Part shown: positions 38,856-49,239 of the stretch, piece after piece
Layout of the letters: each line of letters starts with the position of its first letter
Position numbering within the stretch: the stretch's first letter is position 1
Source: Candidatus Hydrogenedentota bacterium
Lineage (GTDB): Bacteria; Hydrogenedentota; Hydrogenedentia; Hydrogenedentales; SLHB01
NCBI GenBank assembly: GCA_963668025.2
Contig: CAXXTH010000010.1
Coordinates: 1,280,001 to 1,344,000 of the forward strand
Length of the DNA stretch: 64,000 nt
Direction: 5' to 3'
Notes under the pieces: generated by a model
Told to the model about the DNA's origin: nothing
Seen by the model: only the letters and a program-made list of their open reading frames with translations
The model's database searches: none
Program-made: the position numbers and the translations under genes

Positions 38856-40059
38856 ATGGCGCGGCGGATTTTACATATCGATATGGACGCCTTCTTCGCG
38901 TCGGTCGAGCAGGTGCTTAATCCGGCGCTGCTGGGCAAGCCGTTAATCATCGGGGGCGACCGGACCGACACGCGCGGGGTCGTATGCACGGCGTCCTATG
39001 AAGCGCGCAAATTCGGCGTTCATTCCGCTATGCCTCTGGCGCAGGCCAAGCGATTGTGCCCCCACGGGATCTTTATGCGCGGCCATTATGAGCACTACCG
39101 CGACGCCTCGACTAAAATGCGGCTGGTTTTGGAGAGTGTGTCGCCCTTGGTTGAAATGGCTTCCATTGATGAAGCATACGTGGATGTGACGGGCTCCCAG
39201 CGGCTTTTCGGGGGCGACGACGCCATCGCGGTTTATATCAAAAAACGCATTCGCGAAGATACGAAACTGCCATGTTCCATCGCCATTACGCCCAACAAGC
39301 TGGTATCGAAGATCGCTACGGATGAGGCGAAACCCGATGGATATTTGCGGGTGGGGGAGGGGGGAGGAGGGGGCTTTTTTGCGGCCATTGGCGCTCAAGA
39401 AGATGCCGGGCGTAGGCCCTCGAACCTGTGAAGTGCTCGAAAATATGGGCGTCAATACCATCGGAGCACTGGCGGATTTACCTCTTTCCACGATGCTGGC
39501 GAAGTTTGGACCCTCGGGGTATGGCTTGCAGCGCGCCGCTTCGGGTATTTGCGAGTCCCAAGTTGTGCTTGAATCCTTGCCCAAATCCATTAGCCGCGAA
39601 ACGACTTTCGAGGAAGATTTGGCGGATTGGAAACAGATTACGCGCATTCTGATTTATCTTGCCGAGCGCGCCGCACACAATTTGCGAGAGCATCATATGG
39701 AGTGCCGCTGTGTCACACTTAAAGTTCGCTATGCCGATTTTGACACCCATACGTTTGCTTGCACGCTTCCAGAAGCCACTTGCTTGGATGGAGAGGTTAT
39801 TGGCGTGCTTCATGAACTGATCCCTAAAGCGCGCGCCCGGCGCGCCCGGGTGCGCCTGATCGGCGTCGCCCTCACCTCGCTACGCTACAACCAGCACCAG
39901 CTCGCCCTTTTTGGCCGGCCCGGCGCCTTGAAATGGGAGCGTGTCCTCGAAAGCGTGGACCAGATCCGGGAGCGCCATGGCTTCGAGCTGATTCGCCTTG
40001 GGCGCTCCATATCGCTCGGAAAGAAGGTCAATCTTTCAACGCCATCCCTGTCACGCTAA
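38856..40059 (+). pseudogene. dinB: DNA polymerase IV, split by a +1 frameshift (or sequencing error) in a G6 run at 39359-39364
   Basis: ILHIDMDAFFASVEQ, ASYEARKFGVHSAMP, SIDEAYVD and KPDG in the first frame; MPGVGP, PKSISRETTF and RVRLIGV in the second. Deleting one G gives continuous GYLRVGEGEEGAFLRPL. Confidence 0.88.
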
Positions 40060-40246
40060 CCTCCTTATAGGTCCTTTTTCCAACGCGGTGAGTCAAATTG
40101 GCCTCGCCCTTTTCATCCCTTTTAGGTGGTATACTTTGCATAACAATGCGCCACGGTTGATAGTCTTTGGCGCTCATGGGATTTATTATTAGGCGACAGC
40201 CGTGAGAACCAAGTCAACGGATGAAAAGGGCTGGGAGATAATATTG

Positions 40247-40276
40247 TTGACAAAAAGGTACAATATGTGCCATTGT
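40247..40276 (+). promoter_or_regulatory. Possible sigma70 promoter of the activator/EPS locus
   Basis: TTGACA, 18-nt spacer with extended TG, CATTGT. Same layout as the promoter at 10741. Confidence 0.35.
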
Positions 40277-40421
40277 AATTCCAGAATTACTATTGAAAGT
40301 GCTCGCCCGTTTACCTGCCACAAAATGTGGTAGTAACAATTTGCCGAAGCAACGCCACGTTTGAATAGAGGCGGTAGATAAAGAAATTTGCTCCGGTAGC
40401 AACGCAAAGGGCGTATGGCGT

Positions 40422-41513
40422 ATGGCGTATCAAGGCCGATATCCCATCGAGCAAGTAGGCGCTCCGCTGCACGAAAGCTTGTTAGGGGAAAGCGCAGGCA
40501 TCCGGGAAGTCCGTGAAGTGATTCAACGGCTTTCTGGCACGGGTCTTACGGTATTGATTACCGGCGAAAGCGGCACGGGCAAAGACATAGTGGCCCGCAT
40601 GCTGCATCGATATTCTCCGCGTGGCGATAAAACATTCATTAAGGTGAATTGCCCGGCGATTCCAGAGAGCATCTTGGAGAGCGAGCTGTTCGGGTATGAG
40701 CGGGGGGCGTTCACGGGTGCGCGGGCTTCAAAACCAGGCCGCCTTGAACTGGCGCATACAGGTACGATTTTCCTAGATGAAGTGGCTGAGACTTCGGTGG
40801 CCGTCCAGGGTAAGCTGCTGCAATTGCTGGATGGCGAGCCTATCATGCGCATTGGCGGGGTAACGCCCATCCAGTGTGATGTGCGGGTGCTGGCCGCGAC
40901 CAATATGAATCTCGATAATGCCGTGCGGGATGGGCGCATGCGGGAAGATATGCTCTTCCGTCTCAGCGAGGTGTTGATTCATATTCCTCCATTGCGGGAA
41001 CGACGCCAAGATATTCCCCTGCTTGCGGAACATTTCAATTATAATTATCTGGCCAAGCTGGGGCGTGAGTATTCGCCCATCGAGCCCGAGCATCTGGCCA
41101 AGATGAGCACTCTTTCCTGGCGAGGCAATGTGCGCGAGTTGAGCGCTTGTGTGAGACGTTATGTGGCGACCGCTGATCCGGATGCGCTATGGGGCGAGGA
41201 AGAACCGGAAACGGGGCATCGAGGCGCTAGCGTGGTCATCGCTTCTTCGCCTGTCCGGGCTGCCGCGGCAGTTGAAAGCGCTCCTGTTGCCCCGGTGCGG
41301 ACACGCCCCGCACTCGAGCGGAGCGCATCCCGTTTTCCTTTGCTCAAAGAGGCGGTTCAGCGGGCGGTCGAGGAAACAGAACGCACCCTGATCGAAGAAG
41401 CCCTCCGGCATACCCTTTGGAATCGGCGTAAAGCGGCCCGATTGCTAGGCGTTAGCTATAGTTCATTATTGCGCCGCATAGATGCTTATCAAATAGGCAA
41501 AACTGAGGCATAG
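40422..41513 (+). CDS. Sigma54-dependent enhancer-binding protein (AAA+ plus HTH) with no receiver or sensor domain
   Basis: GESGTGKD, ESELFGYERGAFTGA, FLDEV, WRGNVREL and NRRKAARLLGVSYSSL. The AAA+ domain starts about 20 aa from the N-terminus. Confidence 0.9.
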   Translation: MAYQGRYPIEQVGAPLHESLLGESAGIREVREVIQRLSGTGLTVLITGESGTGKDIVARMLHRYSPRGDKTFIKVNCPAIPESILESELFGYERGAFTGARASKPGRLELAHTGTIFLDEVAETSVAVQGKLLQLLDGEPIMRIGGVTPIQCDVRVLAATNMNLDNAVRDGRMREDMLFRLSEVLIHIPPLRERRQDIPLLAEHFNYNYLAKLGREYSPIEPEHLAKMSTLSWRGNVRELSACVRRYVATADPDALWGEEEPETGHRGASVVIASSPVRAAAAVESAPVAPVRTRPALERSASRFPLLKEAVQRAVEETERTLIEEALRHTLWNRRKAARLLGVSYSSLLRRIDAYQIGKTEA

Positions 41514-41522
41514 AGGCTTGGC

Positions 41523-42791
41523 ATGAAAATAGCCGAAAAGACTGCCCGATGGACAGGCCGCGTGTTAATGGCGGGATTGCTATTGGCGGCAGGGCTGGCA
41601 TGGGCGGATTCATCTCCTGTCGAGGAGACGCTTGTGGCCCCCGCTGAAAAGCTTGTCCCATTGGAAGCGCCCAGCAAGCCCGCTGAAGGTGAGGCGGCAA
41701 ACGCGGAAGCTTCAAAAGCGGAACCGGCTTCCAGCGAAAAGCCGCAGGAATCGCCCGCATCGGACACAAAAGGCGCGCCGCCGCCCGCATATCGCATACG
41801 TCCCGGCGACGTGCTTTCGTTCCATTCATACGACGATGACACCCTCAGTTTGCCCGAGGTGATTGTGCGGTATGATGGGTGTGTGTCCCTGCCATTGATT
41901 CACGATCTCAATCTGGGCGGGCTGACCCGCGATGAAGCCATTTCGACTATTCGCGAGGCGTATACGAGTGTTTTTAAGGAGCCGCAATTTGCGTTGACCA
42001 TAGTGAATGCGGCGGGCCAATCCTTTTATGTGATGGGCGATGTGAACCGGCCCTCGGAGTTCCCGTATCGCAAGACGCTCAATGTCTTGCAAGCGATAAA
42101 TACCGCAGGCGGCCTGCGCGACAGGAGCAATGCAACGGGTGAATCGTATAACACCGTGCAAGGCACCCTTAGCGTAGCCTATATCATCCGGCATTTGAAT
42201 GGCCCTCGAGAGGTGATCAAGTGCGATCTAAAAGGTTTGACAAACACAGGCCCACATCCGTCCGAATTGCAGGTATGGCCGGAAGATGTGGTGTATGTGC
42301 CCGAAGGGGTGAACTTGGTATATATCTCTGGGGCCGTGCAGCAGCCTGGCGTGCTGAATCTTGTCGAGGGCGAGACGCTGCTTCAAGTGCTGGCGCGCTC
42401 GAGCGGATTCATCGAGGAATCGGCGTCCATGGGCAAGGTGGTGGTGATGCGCCGCACATCGGAAAAAGACATGAAGGTGATGCTCGTGAATGTGAAAAAG
42501 GCATATAAGACGGGCCATGACATGCCCATGGAGCCCGGCGATATTATATATGTTCCCCGCAAGCCTCTGATTCGGCTGCAAGAATTTGTAAGCCGGTTCA
42601 CCGGTTCGATCTTGCCGATCATGGAACTGTATAGAGAAGCATATGACACCTATTACACTCAAAAGAGATATGACGCCCTTTTCAATGATTCCTCGACAAG
42701 CTCCGCCACAACACTGAGCACGCTTCAGTCTTTAAGGGATTTTGGGGATCTATTCCTGTCAATCCCAACAACCACTTCGACCACTCAGTAG
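41523..42791 (+). CDS. wza: Polysaccharide export protein, Wza/Poly_export plus SLBB
   Basis: YRIRPGDVLS, VRYDGCVSLPLI, YVMGDVNRP, ISGAVQQPG and MEPGDIIYVP. Confidence 0.85.
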   Translation: MKIAEKTARWTGRVLMAGLLLAAGLAWADSSPVEETLVAPAEKLVPLEAPSKPAEGEAANAEASKAEPASSEKPQESPASDTKGAPPPAYRIRPGDVLSFHSYDDDTLSLPEVIVRYDGCVSLPLIHDLNLGGLTRDEAISTIREAYTSVFKEPQFALTIVNAAGQSFYVMGDVNRPSEFPYRKTLNVLQAINTAGGLRDRSNATGESYNTVQGTLSVAYIIRHLNGPREVIKCDLKGLTNTGPHPSELQVWPEDVVYVPEGVNLVYISGAVQQPGVLNLVEGETLLQVLARSSGFIEESASMGKVVVMRRTSEKDMKVMLVNVKKAYKTGHDMPMEPGDIIYVPRKPLIRLQEFVSRFTGSILPIMELYREAYDTYYTQKRYDALFNDSSTSSATTLSTLQSLRDFGDLFLSIPTTTSTTQ

Positions 42792-42796
42792 GAGGC

Positions 42797-45112
42797 ATGA
42801 TGTCAAGCGAATATTCCACCGAGCTGGCGGGTTACGCCCGGCCCGATATGGTGCGGCCCGCGAATGGGACGCGCGCTTTGAATATGAAGCGGCTGTTTCG
42901 TGAGCGTGGATTGTTGATGGCGGTAGTATTCTTCGGGTTTGCCATACCATTAAGCGCCGCTGTATGGTTTTTGGTGCCTGCCGAATATCAAGCGTCAACC
43001 ATCATCCGCATTCTATCGAAGGCTCCTACGGTGCTCAATGATGACAGCGCCATGCGGGGCCGGGAATATGACACATTTGTCGAGACCCAAGTCATGCTGA
43101 TCCAAGGCCCGACGATCATGTCGAAAGTGGTGTCTGATCCTGCGGTGCGTGATCTTCCCTGGGTCAGCAAAGAACGGGATCCGCTCCACTTTTTGATGAA
43201 AACGGTCCGTGTGTCGTGGGAGCGGGGCACCGAACTCATCACGATTTCGTGCAATTCGCCTAGCCGGGAGGCCGCACTTGCGATTGTAAGCTCAACGGCG
43301 GCCATCTATAGTAAATATGCTACGAATGAAGCGGTAGAAGGCGTCGGCAAAATCCGGGCGACCTTGGTGGACGAACGGGATTCACTGGCGGGCCGCATCG
43401 AAATCCAGCGCAAAAAGATAACGGATTATAAACGGCAGAATAGCATAACCGCGGATGGCTCCACACCCACGGGGCAGATTGGCCTCGAATATTATCATGA
43501 CCGGCTTGGCCAAGCCCAAGCGGATTACTCGACGGCACAAACCACCATCGCGAATCTGAATGATATCGGCTCCCAACTTGATGCGCTATTGAAAACCCAT
43601 GAGACTACTCCGTCCCAGCCGGTCTATGAGATGGGCATCGAAGATAAAGTGTTGGCGGATGCGTCCGTGGCCATGCTGCGCCAGCAAGAGACCGCCCTGG
43701 CGACGCGCATAGCTGACTTGAAGGACCGTTATATAGGGCAAGCCCCGCCTCTCAAGGCGGAAGAAGACCGTCTTGCCACCATCCAAACCCAGCTCGAAGA
43801 GACGAAAGCCCGTGTGCGTGGGGAGGCGTTGACTACCTCTTTCGAGCAAAATCGGCTGGAACTGGCGGAACAGGAAAAACGCTCGGAAGATGCGAAGTCC
43901 CGCATGGACCAATTCCAGGCGACAATCCAATCCCATGAGGATCGCTTGACCAAATTGGCTCAAGACATGGCCACCATTACGGAAGATGAAGCGGAGCTGG
44001 AACAGCTCCGGGCCAATTTTGATGATGTGCGCGAGCGTATTCGAGTGCTTGATGTGAATGAGCGCGCACCCGCCACCGTGACCGAGCCCACGCCTACGAC
44101 ATCGCCGGAAGAACCGCTCAATGACCGCCGCAAGAAGATTTTAGTTTTGGCGTTGGTGGCCGCGATGGCGGCTGGCGTTGGTTCCGGGGTGTTGCGTGAA
44201 ATGACTGATCAAGGAATCCGTACGCCCCAAGACTTCGGCGTATTCACGGACGTTCCCGTTATTGCGGCGATTCCGCATATCAGTGCGGACAAGCTGCCGA
44301 AAGACGCCAATCCGGCTTTGGTCACGGCGGAATATCCGAGCTCGACTACTTCGGACGAATACCGGCGCATTATTACCCGGATTATTTATCCGCCGGAAGG
44401 TTCCGCGGAATTCAATACGGTCCTGGTTGTCGGCGCTTCCCGGGGGGATGGGAAGACGACCATGGCCTGTAATCTGGGGCTTGCCCTCGCCCATGCCAAC
44501 CGGCGGGTGTTAGTGGTTGATATCAGCGCCAGGCGTTCCGGTGTGGAAAAATGTTTTGGATTGCAACCCGCTAGAGGCCTGGCCGAGATATTCCTGGGGC
44601 AGTGTTCGCCCGATCAAGCCGTGCGGCCAACGGCGTATTCGAATCTCATGGTGTTGGGGCCTGGCCTTGAAGCGGATGAAGTGGCGAACAAGCTGGCCTC
44701 GCGTGTGATGGTCGAGTTTCTCGAGGACGCGGAAGAAGCGTTCGAGCATGTGATCATTGATACGCCGCCTAGTTTGTTGATGGCGGACGCCAAGCTGCTT
44801 GCGCCGATAGTTGATGGAGTCATTGTAGTCGTAGGTTCGGGCGTATCGTCCGTAGGCATGGTGCGCCGCTGCTTGAATGAGCTGCGCCAAGTGGGCGGGA
44901 ATATTATTGGTGTGGCCCTTAATGGGGCACGGCCCACACGTGGCGGATATATGCGCGACAATGTGTCGAAGTATTATTCGTATTCGAGCGAAGCCGGCCA
45001 TGAAGAAGTTGCGCCCAAACGGCGCCATGCGCCCGCTGCGCCAGCCGCCCATCCAAAAGAATCGGAGGGAGAGCCTCCCAGTATTCTTCTTCTGGATGAT
45101 CAATCGGATTAA
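42797..45112 (+). CDS. wzc: Wzc-type polysaccharide co-polymerase / BY-kinase
   Basis: Two TM segments flanking a coiled coil; Walker A GASRGDGKTT, VLVVD, IIDTPP; Tyr cluster GGY..KYYSY. Confidence 0.88.
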   Translation: MMSSEYSTELAGYARPDMVRPANGTRALNMKRLFRERGLLMAVVFFGFAIPLSAAVWFLVPAEYQASTIIRILSKAPTVLNDDSAMRGREYDTFVETQVMLIQGPTIMSKVVSDPAVRDLPWVSKERDPLHFLMKTVRVSWERGTELITISCNSPSREAALAIVSSTAAIYSKYATNEAVEGVGKIRATLVDERDSLAGRIEIQRKKITDYKRQNSITADGSTPTGQIGLEYYHDRLGQAQADYSTAQTTIANLNDIGSQLDALLKTHETTPSQPVYEMGIEDKVLADASVAMLRQQETALATRIADLKDRYIGQAPPLKAEEDRLATIQTQLEETKARVRGEALTTSFEQNRLELAEQEKRSEDAKSRMDQFQATIQSHEDRLTKLAQDMATITEDEAELEQLRANFDDVRERIRVLDVNERAPATVTEPTPTTSPEEPLNDRRKKILVLALVAAMAAGVGSGVLREMTDQGIRTPQDFGVFTDVPVIAAIPHISADKLPKDANPALVTAEYPSSTTSDEYRRIITRIIYPPEGSAEFNTVLVVGASRGDGKTTMACNLGLALAHANRRVLVVDISARRSGVEKCFGLQPARGLAEIFLGQCSPDQAVRPTAYSNLMVLGPGLEADEVANKLASRVMVEFLEDAEEAFEHVIIDTPPSLLMADAKLLAPIVDGVIVVVGSGVSSVGMVRRCLNELRQVGGNIIGVALNGARPTRGGYMRDNVSKYYSYSSEAGHEEVAPKRRHAPAAPAAHPKESEGEPPSILLLDDQSD

Positions 45113-45220
45113 CAGGCAGGCGGCTTGAATGAATCCGCGTGGGCCGCTACGATATAGATGCGGGCTTCCTATGCCGCAAGGGGATGCAAAATCAATCGTA
45201 GGCCGTAACGGGGTGCGGTA

Positions 45221-45988
45221 GTGGTAGAACGTCAGATCACAGTTTTCGATGTGCCATTTTCTAATGTAGGATTCGACGAAGCGTGCAGCTTCATCCGCCA
45301 GAGGATCGAGTCCCGCGAGCCCGGCTTCATCGTCACGCCCAATGTGCATCATGTGTGCATGTATGGCCATTGCCAGGCCTTGCGTGAAGCATATAACGAA
45401 GCATTTCTAAGCTTAGTGGACGGCACCCCTCTCGTGTGGGCCGCTCATCTGGCGGGGAAGCCGCTTCGCGAGAAGCTGAGTGGTTCCGACATGGTGATGG
45501 GGCTTAGCGAAGTGGCGGCCCGAGAGGGCTGGCCCGTCTTTTTTTTGGGAGCAGAGGAGGGGGTAGGCGCGGAAGCCGCGCGGCGATTGTCCGAACAGTA
45601 TGCTGGGCTTAAAGTAGCGGGATGTTACAGCCCGCCTTTACGTTTTTATGAGGACATGGACGAAAACGCCCGCACGCTAGAAAAGATACGAAAGGCTTCT
45701 CCAAGCATTTGTTTTGTGGCCCTAGGCGCGCCTGTGCAAGAATTATGGATGCACCGGCATTATCGCGATAGCGGAGCGATTGTCATGGCTGGCATCGGAG
45801 CAGGCATTGATTTTGCCGCGGGACGCAAGAAACGGGCGCCCGGCTGGATGCAGCGTTGCGGAGCAGAGTGGCTTTGGCGCTTGTTTCATGAACCAAGGCG
45901 GCTTTGGAGGCGCTATTTGGTGGAAGATGTGAAGTTTGCCCCCATTGTGATTCGCGAGCTTTTTAAACAGCATAAAGAGAATGGTTAA
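45221..45988 (+). CDS. WecB/TagA/CpsF (GT26) glycosyltransferase
   Basis: IVTPNVHH, DGTPLVWA, SGSD, FVALGAPVQE, RAPGWMQRCGAEWLWRL..EPRRLWRRY. Confidence 0.92.
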   Translation: MVERQITVFDVPFSNVGFDEACSFIRQRIESREPGFIVTPNVHHVCMYGHCQALREAYNEAFLSLVDGTPLVWAAHLAGKPLREKLSGSDMVMGLSEVAAREGWPVFFLGAEEGVGAEAARRLSEQYAGLKVAGCYSPPLRFYEDMDENARTLEKIRKASPSICFVALGAPVQELWMHRHYRDSGAIVMAGIGAGIDFAAGRKKRAPGWMQRCGAEWLWRLFHEPRRLWRRYLVEDVKFAPIVIRELFKQHKENG

Positions 45989-46023
45989 TTTCCGGCGGAG
46001 ATGAATCAGGAGCAGCGAGTGTA

Positions 46024-49000
46024 ATGTCTCGAAAAACATGGAAATATCTCTTGTGGGCCGTGGGAGCGATGTTTTTGCTAGTTCTGATGGCCGGCGGGGG
46101 ATTCTTTTTCTACCGGCAGAATCAAACGGTCCAATGGCGCGCCATGGGTGATGCGGCATACCAGCAAGGCGATTGGGGCCAGGCCCAGCATTGGCTAGGG
46201 TTTTATTTGCAGCGGAACCCGGATGATGTGGCCACCCTCAAAAACTTTGCCGACGCCAGCCTGCACATTCTAAAGAATCGCGCTTCCGCGCTCCAAGAAG
46301 CCGCTATTGCATATCATCAGATTCTGCGCTATGAATCTTCTAATACTGAGATCCAAGATGCGGTTCTTGATCTATATGAACGCATCGGCTCGTGGGGCGA
46401 TGTGGAATATTATGCACGTGACTTCGGACGCAACCGCCCAGATGATGTGACATTGCGCCTGCGCCTTGCGCGCGCTCTCAACGAGCTGGGACGTGGCAAT
46501 GAATCGTTGGATGCATATAAGGAACTGGTGGCTCAGGGTGAAGCGGATGAACGCACCTATCTTGGATATGCGCGTGTCATTCGGGATCGGCAAGACAGCG
46601 CCCGCGCCCGCGCCATGCTGGACGACAGTGTCGCCAAGCATCCGGATAGCATTGGCTTGCGAGTGGCGCGCGCCCGCTTTTTCGGGGAAGAACGCCAGTT
46701 TGAACAGATGAAACAGGAGTTGGATGAGGCGGTGCGCCTTGCGCCCGAGGAGCCGAGCGTGTTGCAGGCGCAAGCGGAATACGCCGTGTCGCAGCATGAC
46801 TGGCGTCAAGCCTGTACGTTGGGCGAGCACATTATCCAAATCGATCCCAAGCGGGCTGAAGCGTATCTGCTATTGGGTTCGACTTATGCCCGTCTTGGCG
46901 AGACGCCGAAAGGGATTACGCTGCTTGATGGGCTTGACCCCGCGTTTCGCGTGGATAATCCAGAAATTTTCCTTACTTTGTTTGATCTTCGTGTTTCTCA
47001 AGGGCAATTTGATGAAGCGGAGAAGATAATCGGTGACTATAGTGAAGCCTATCCAAGCCAAAAGCCGATATCGGATTATATGCGCGGCCGTATTTTACTC
47101 GCGAAGGGCCAATCCGGCGATGCTTCGAAGATGCTGGCCACGGTAGTGGATCTCCGGCCCAATTTCTCTCCCGCGCGGTTTTACCTTGCATTGGCCTATT
47201 TGGATGCGGGACAGCAATCCCTCGGCAGAAGCGCTCTTGAAACGTATATCAAGATGAATCCGTTTGACGAACGCGCACGCATGCTCATGATGCAGGGGGG
47301 GCGGCAGTCGGATGAGCCGGGCGCTGTAGCGGCTCAAGCAACGCAACTGCTAGAAGAAGGCAAGGCGTCGCCTGAAATGCTGGTGGCCACGGCGTTGCGT
47401 TTATTCGACGCCAGCCTCGGTGCGGGTGATCCGAAAAGCCAGCTTGATACGGTCAAATCGCTGCTTAACCGCGCGATTGAGCTGGAGCCCACAAGTCCCA
47501 TTGGGTATCGCAGCCTTACTGAGTTGCTGGTGTCCACCCGGGAGATCGAGGCCGCGCGGCAAACGCTGGATAAGGCGAAGGCCGCTGGGGTATCCGAGCA
47601 AGAATTGGCTACGGCTGTCGCGAGCATGTCCCTGGCGCAACAGAACATGGATGAAGCAGCCGCGGTGTGCCAAAAGGCCCTTTCCCAAGAGGGCGCCACG
47701 GCAAAAGATTATGTTACATGGAATGATCTGTATGCGCGCTGGGGATATCCCGAGGAGGGGATTAAGATTCTTGCCAAAGGCGCGACCGTGTTGGAGGGTG
47801 AAGAGCGTGGCCGGCTTGAAGTAGCGCAGGTGAGGGCGGCCGCCCGCGCGGGCGAACTCGAGCATGCCTTAGTATTGGAGAAGGTGGCCACTAAAGCGGC
47901 GCAAGACGCCAATGGCTTGATTCAACCATTAAATGAAGCGCGTGAAACCCTTGCGATGCGGTTGATTCAAGAAGGTTCGCCAGAAAGGCGGGAGCAGGCG
48001 ATTCGTTTGAAAGAGGCCATGCTGGCGGCTGCTCCCGAATCCGTTGAAGCCAAAGCGATCGATGGAGGCTTATTGATCACCCAAGAGCCTCCGGATCTGG
48101 AAGGCGCAAAAAAACAATTCAGCGAGGTTTTGCAACAAAATCCCGATAAGGCGTCCGCATTGATTGGGCTATCGCTGGTCGAGAACCAGCGGGGCGATTA
48201 TGGGCGGGCCGCCGATTATCTCGAAAAAGCGCTGGCGGCGGATCCAAGCCAGCAGCAGCTTCAATTGCAGCTTGCGGATTTATGGATCAAGAGCGGGCGC
48301 TACATCCGTGCGCAAGAAGCATTGCGCCGCATATTATCCATGAATCCAGGCGATGTACAGGCGGCGGGATTGATGGTGTCGAGCCTCTTAGCTACAGGCA
48401 AGCTGGCCGAAGCCGAAGAAATGATGGGCCAGCTTGAGAGCGGCGCTACGGGCGAAGCAGCCCAGCGTTTATCCGCGTTGCGCAGTGATGTGCTTCTAGC
48501 AAAGGGCGCTGTTGGCGACGCCGAGCCCATGTTGCGCCAGCAATATGCGGCTAATCCGGATGACCTAGGGTTAGCTAAACGGCTGGCCGCGGCGCAAGCA
48601 GGCCTTGGCAGTGCGGACCAAGGCGCGAAAGTGCTCAAGGATTACGCTGAGGCGCATCCGAACGACGTGGATGCATGGATCGAATATGCGAGGTTTGAAG
48701 TGAACTTCCAAGCGCCACAGGGGTATTCGGAAGCAGGTATGGCTTTGACCCGCGCGCTGCTCGAGCATCCGGATTATTTACCCGCCGTACGCGCCCAGAT
48801 TGATTTGCAGATGCGCCAGGGCGAATATCTGCCCGCATTGGCCTTATGCGACCGCTTTTTGGAGAAAACGCCGGATGACGCGGAGATCCTGTTCATGAAA
48901 GCGAATTTGCTTTCCCGGGATCGCGCCAGCCTGGATGCCGCGCTTGACACGATCAACCGCGCTATCGAGCAGCAAGATAGTACGGAATACCACTATTTGC

Positions 49001-49236
49001 GAGGCATGATTCAGCTTTCAAAAGGTATGTATGCGGAAGCGATGCAAGATTTGGAAGGCGTGGCGAAAGAGCGGAAGACTACCGAGGCGAATCTAGATAT
49101 GGCCCTCGCCAAGGGATATCTCGAGTTGGGCCGCAAAGATTTGGCAAAGGTCTATTTTGATTCCGCGAATACGAAAGCTGAAGCGGGCCAGCGTGTAGAT
49201 CCTGTGTTGAAAGAAGCCGTAAGCAAGGGCATGTAA
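46024..49236 (+). CDS. Large membrane-anchored TPR protein (PrsT-like)
   Basis: N-terminal TM, then TPR repeats over about 1000 aa; adjacent to the exosortase. Confidence 0.78.
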   Translation: MSRKTWKYLLWAVGAMFLLVLMAGGGFFFYRQNQTVQWRAMGDAAYQQGDWGQAQHWLGFYLQRNPDDVATLKNFADASLHILKNRASALQEAAIAYHQILRYESSNTEIQDAVLDLYERIGSWGDVEYYARDFGRNRPDDVTLRLRLARALNELGRGNESLDAYKELVAQGEADERTYLGYARVIRDRQDSARARAMLDDSVAKHPDSIGLRVARARFFGEERQFEQMKQELDEAVRLAPEEPSVLQAQAEYAVSQHDWRQACTLGEHIIQIDPKRAEAYLLLGSTYARLGETPKGITLLDGLDPAFRVDNPEIFLTLFDLRVSQGQFDEAEKIIGDYSEAYPSQKPISDYMRGRILLAKGQSGDASKMLATVVDLRPNFSPARFYLALAYLDAGQQSLGRSALETYIKMNPFDERARMLMMQGGRQSDEPGAVAAQATQLLEEGKASPEMLVATALRLFDASLGAGDPKSQLDTVKSLLNRAIELEPTSPIGYRSLTELLVSTREIEAARQTLDKAKAAGVSEQELATAVASMSLAQQNMDEAAAVCQKALSQEGATAKDYVTWNDLYARWGYPEEGIKILAKGATVLEGEERGRLEVAQVRAAARAGELEHALVLEKVATKAAQDANGLIQPLNEARETLAMRLIQEGSPERREQAIRLKEAMLAAAPESVEAKAIDGGLLITQEPPDLEGAKKQFSEVLQQNPDKASALIGLSLVENQRGDYGRAADYLEKALAADPSQQQLQLQLADLWIKSGRYIRAQEALRRILSMNPGDVQAAGLMVSSLLATGKLAEAEEMMGQLESGATGEAAQRLSALRSDVLLAKGAVGDAEPMLRQQYAANPDDLGLAKRLAAAQAGLGSADQGAKVLKDYAEAHPNDVDAWIEYARFEVNFQAPQGYSEAGMALTRALLEHPDYLPAVRAQIDLQMRQGEYLPALALCDRFLEKTPDDAEILFMKANLLSRDRASLDAALDTINRAIEQQDSTEYHYLRGMIQLSKGMYAEAMQDLEGVAKERKTTEANLDMALAKGYLELGRKDLAKVYFDSANTKAEAGQRVDPVLKEAVSKGM

Positions 49237-49239
49237 CGC

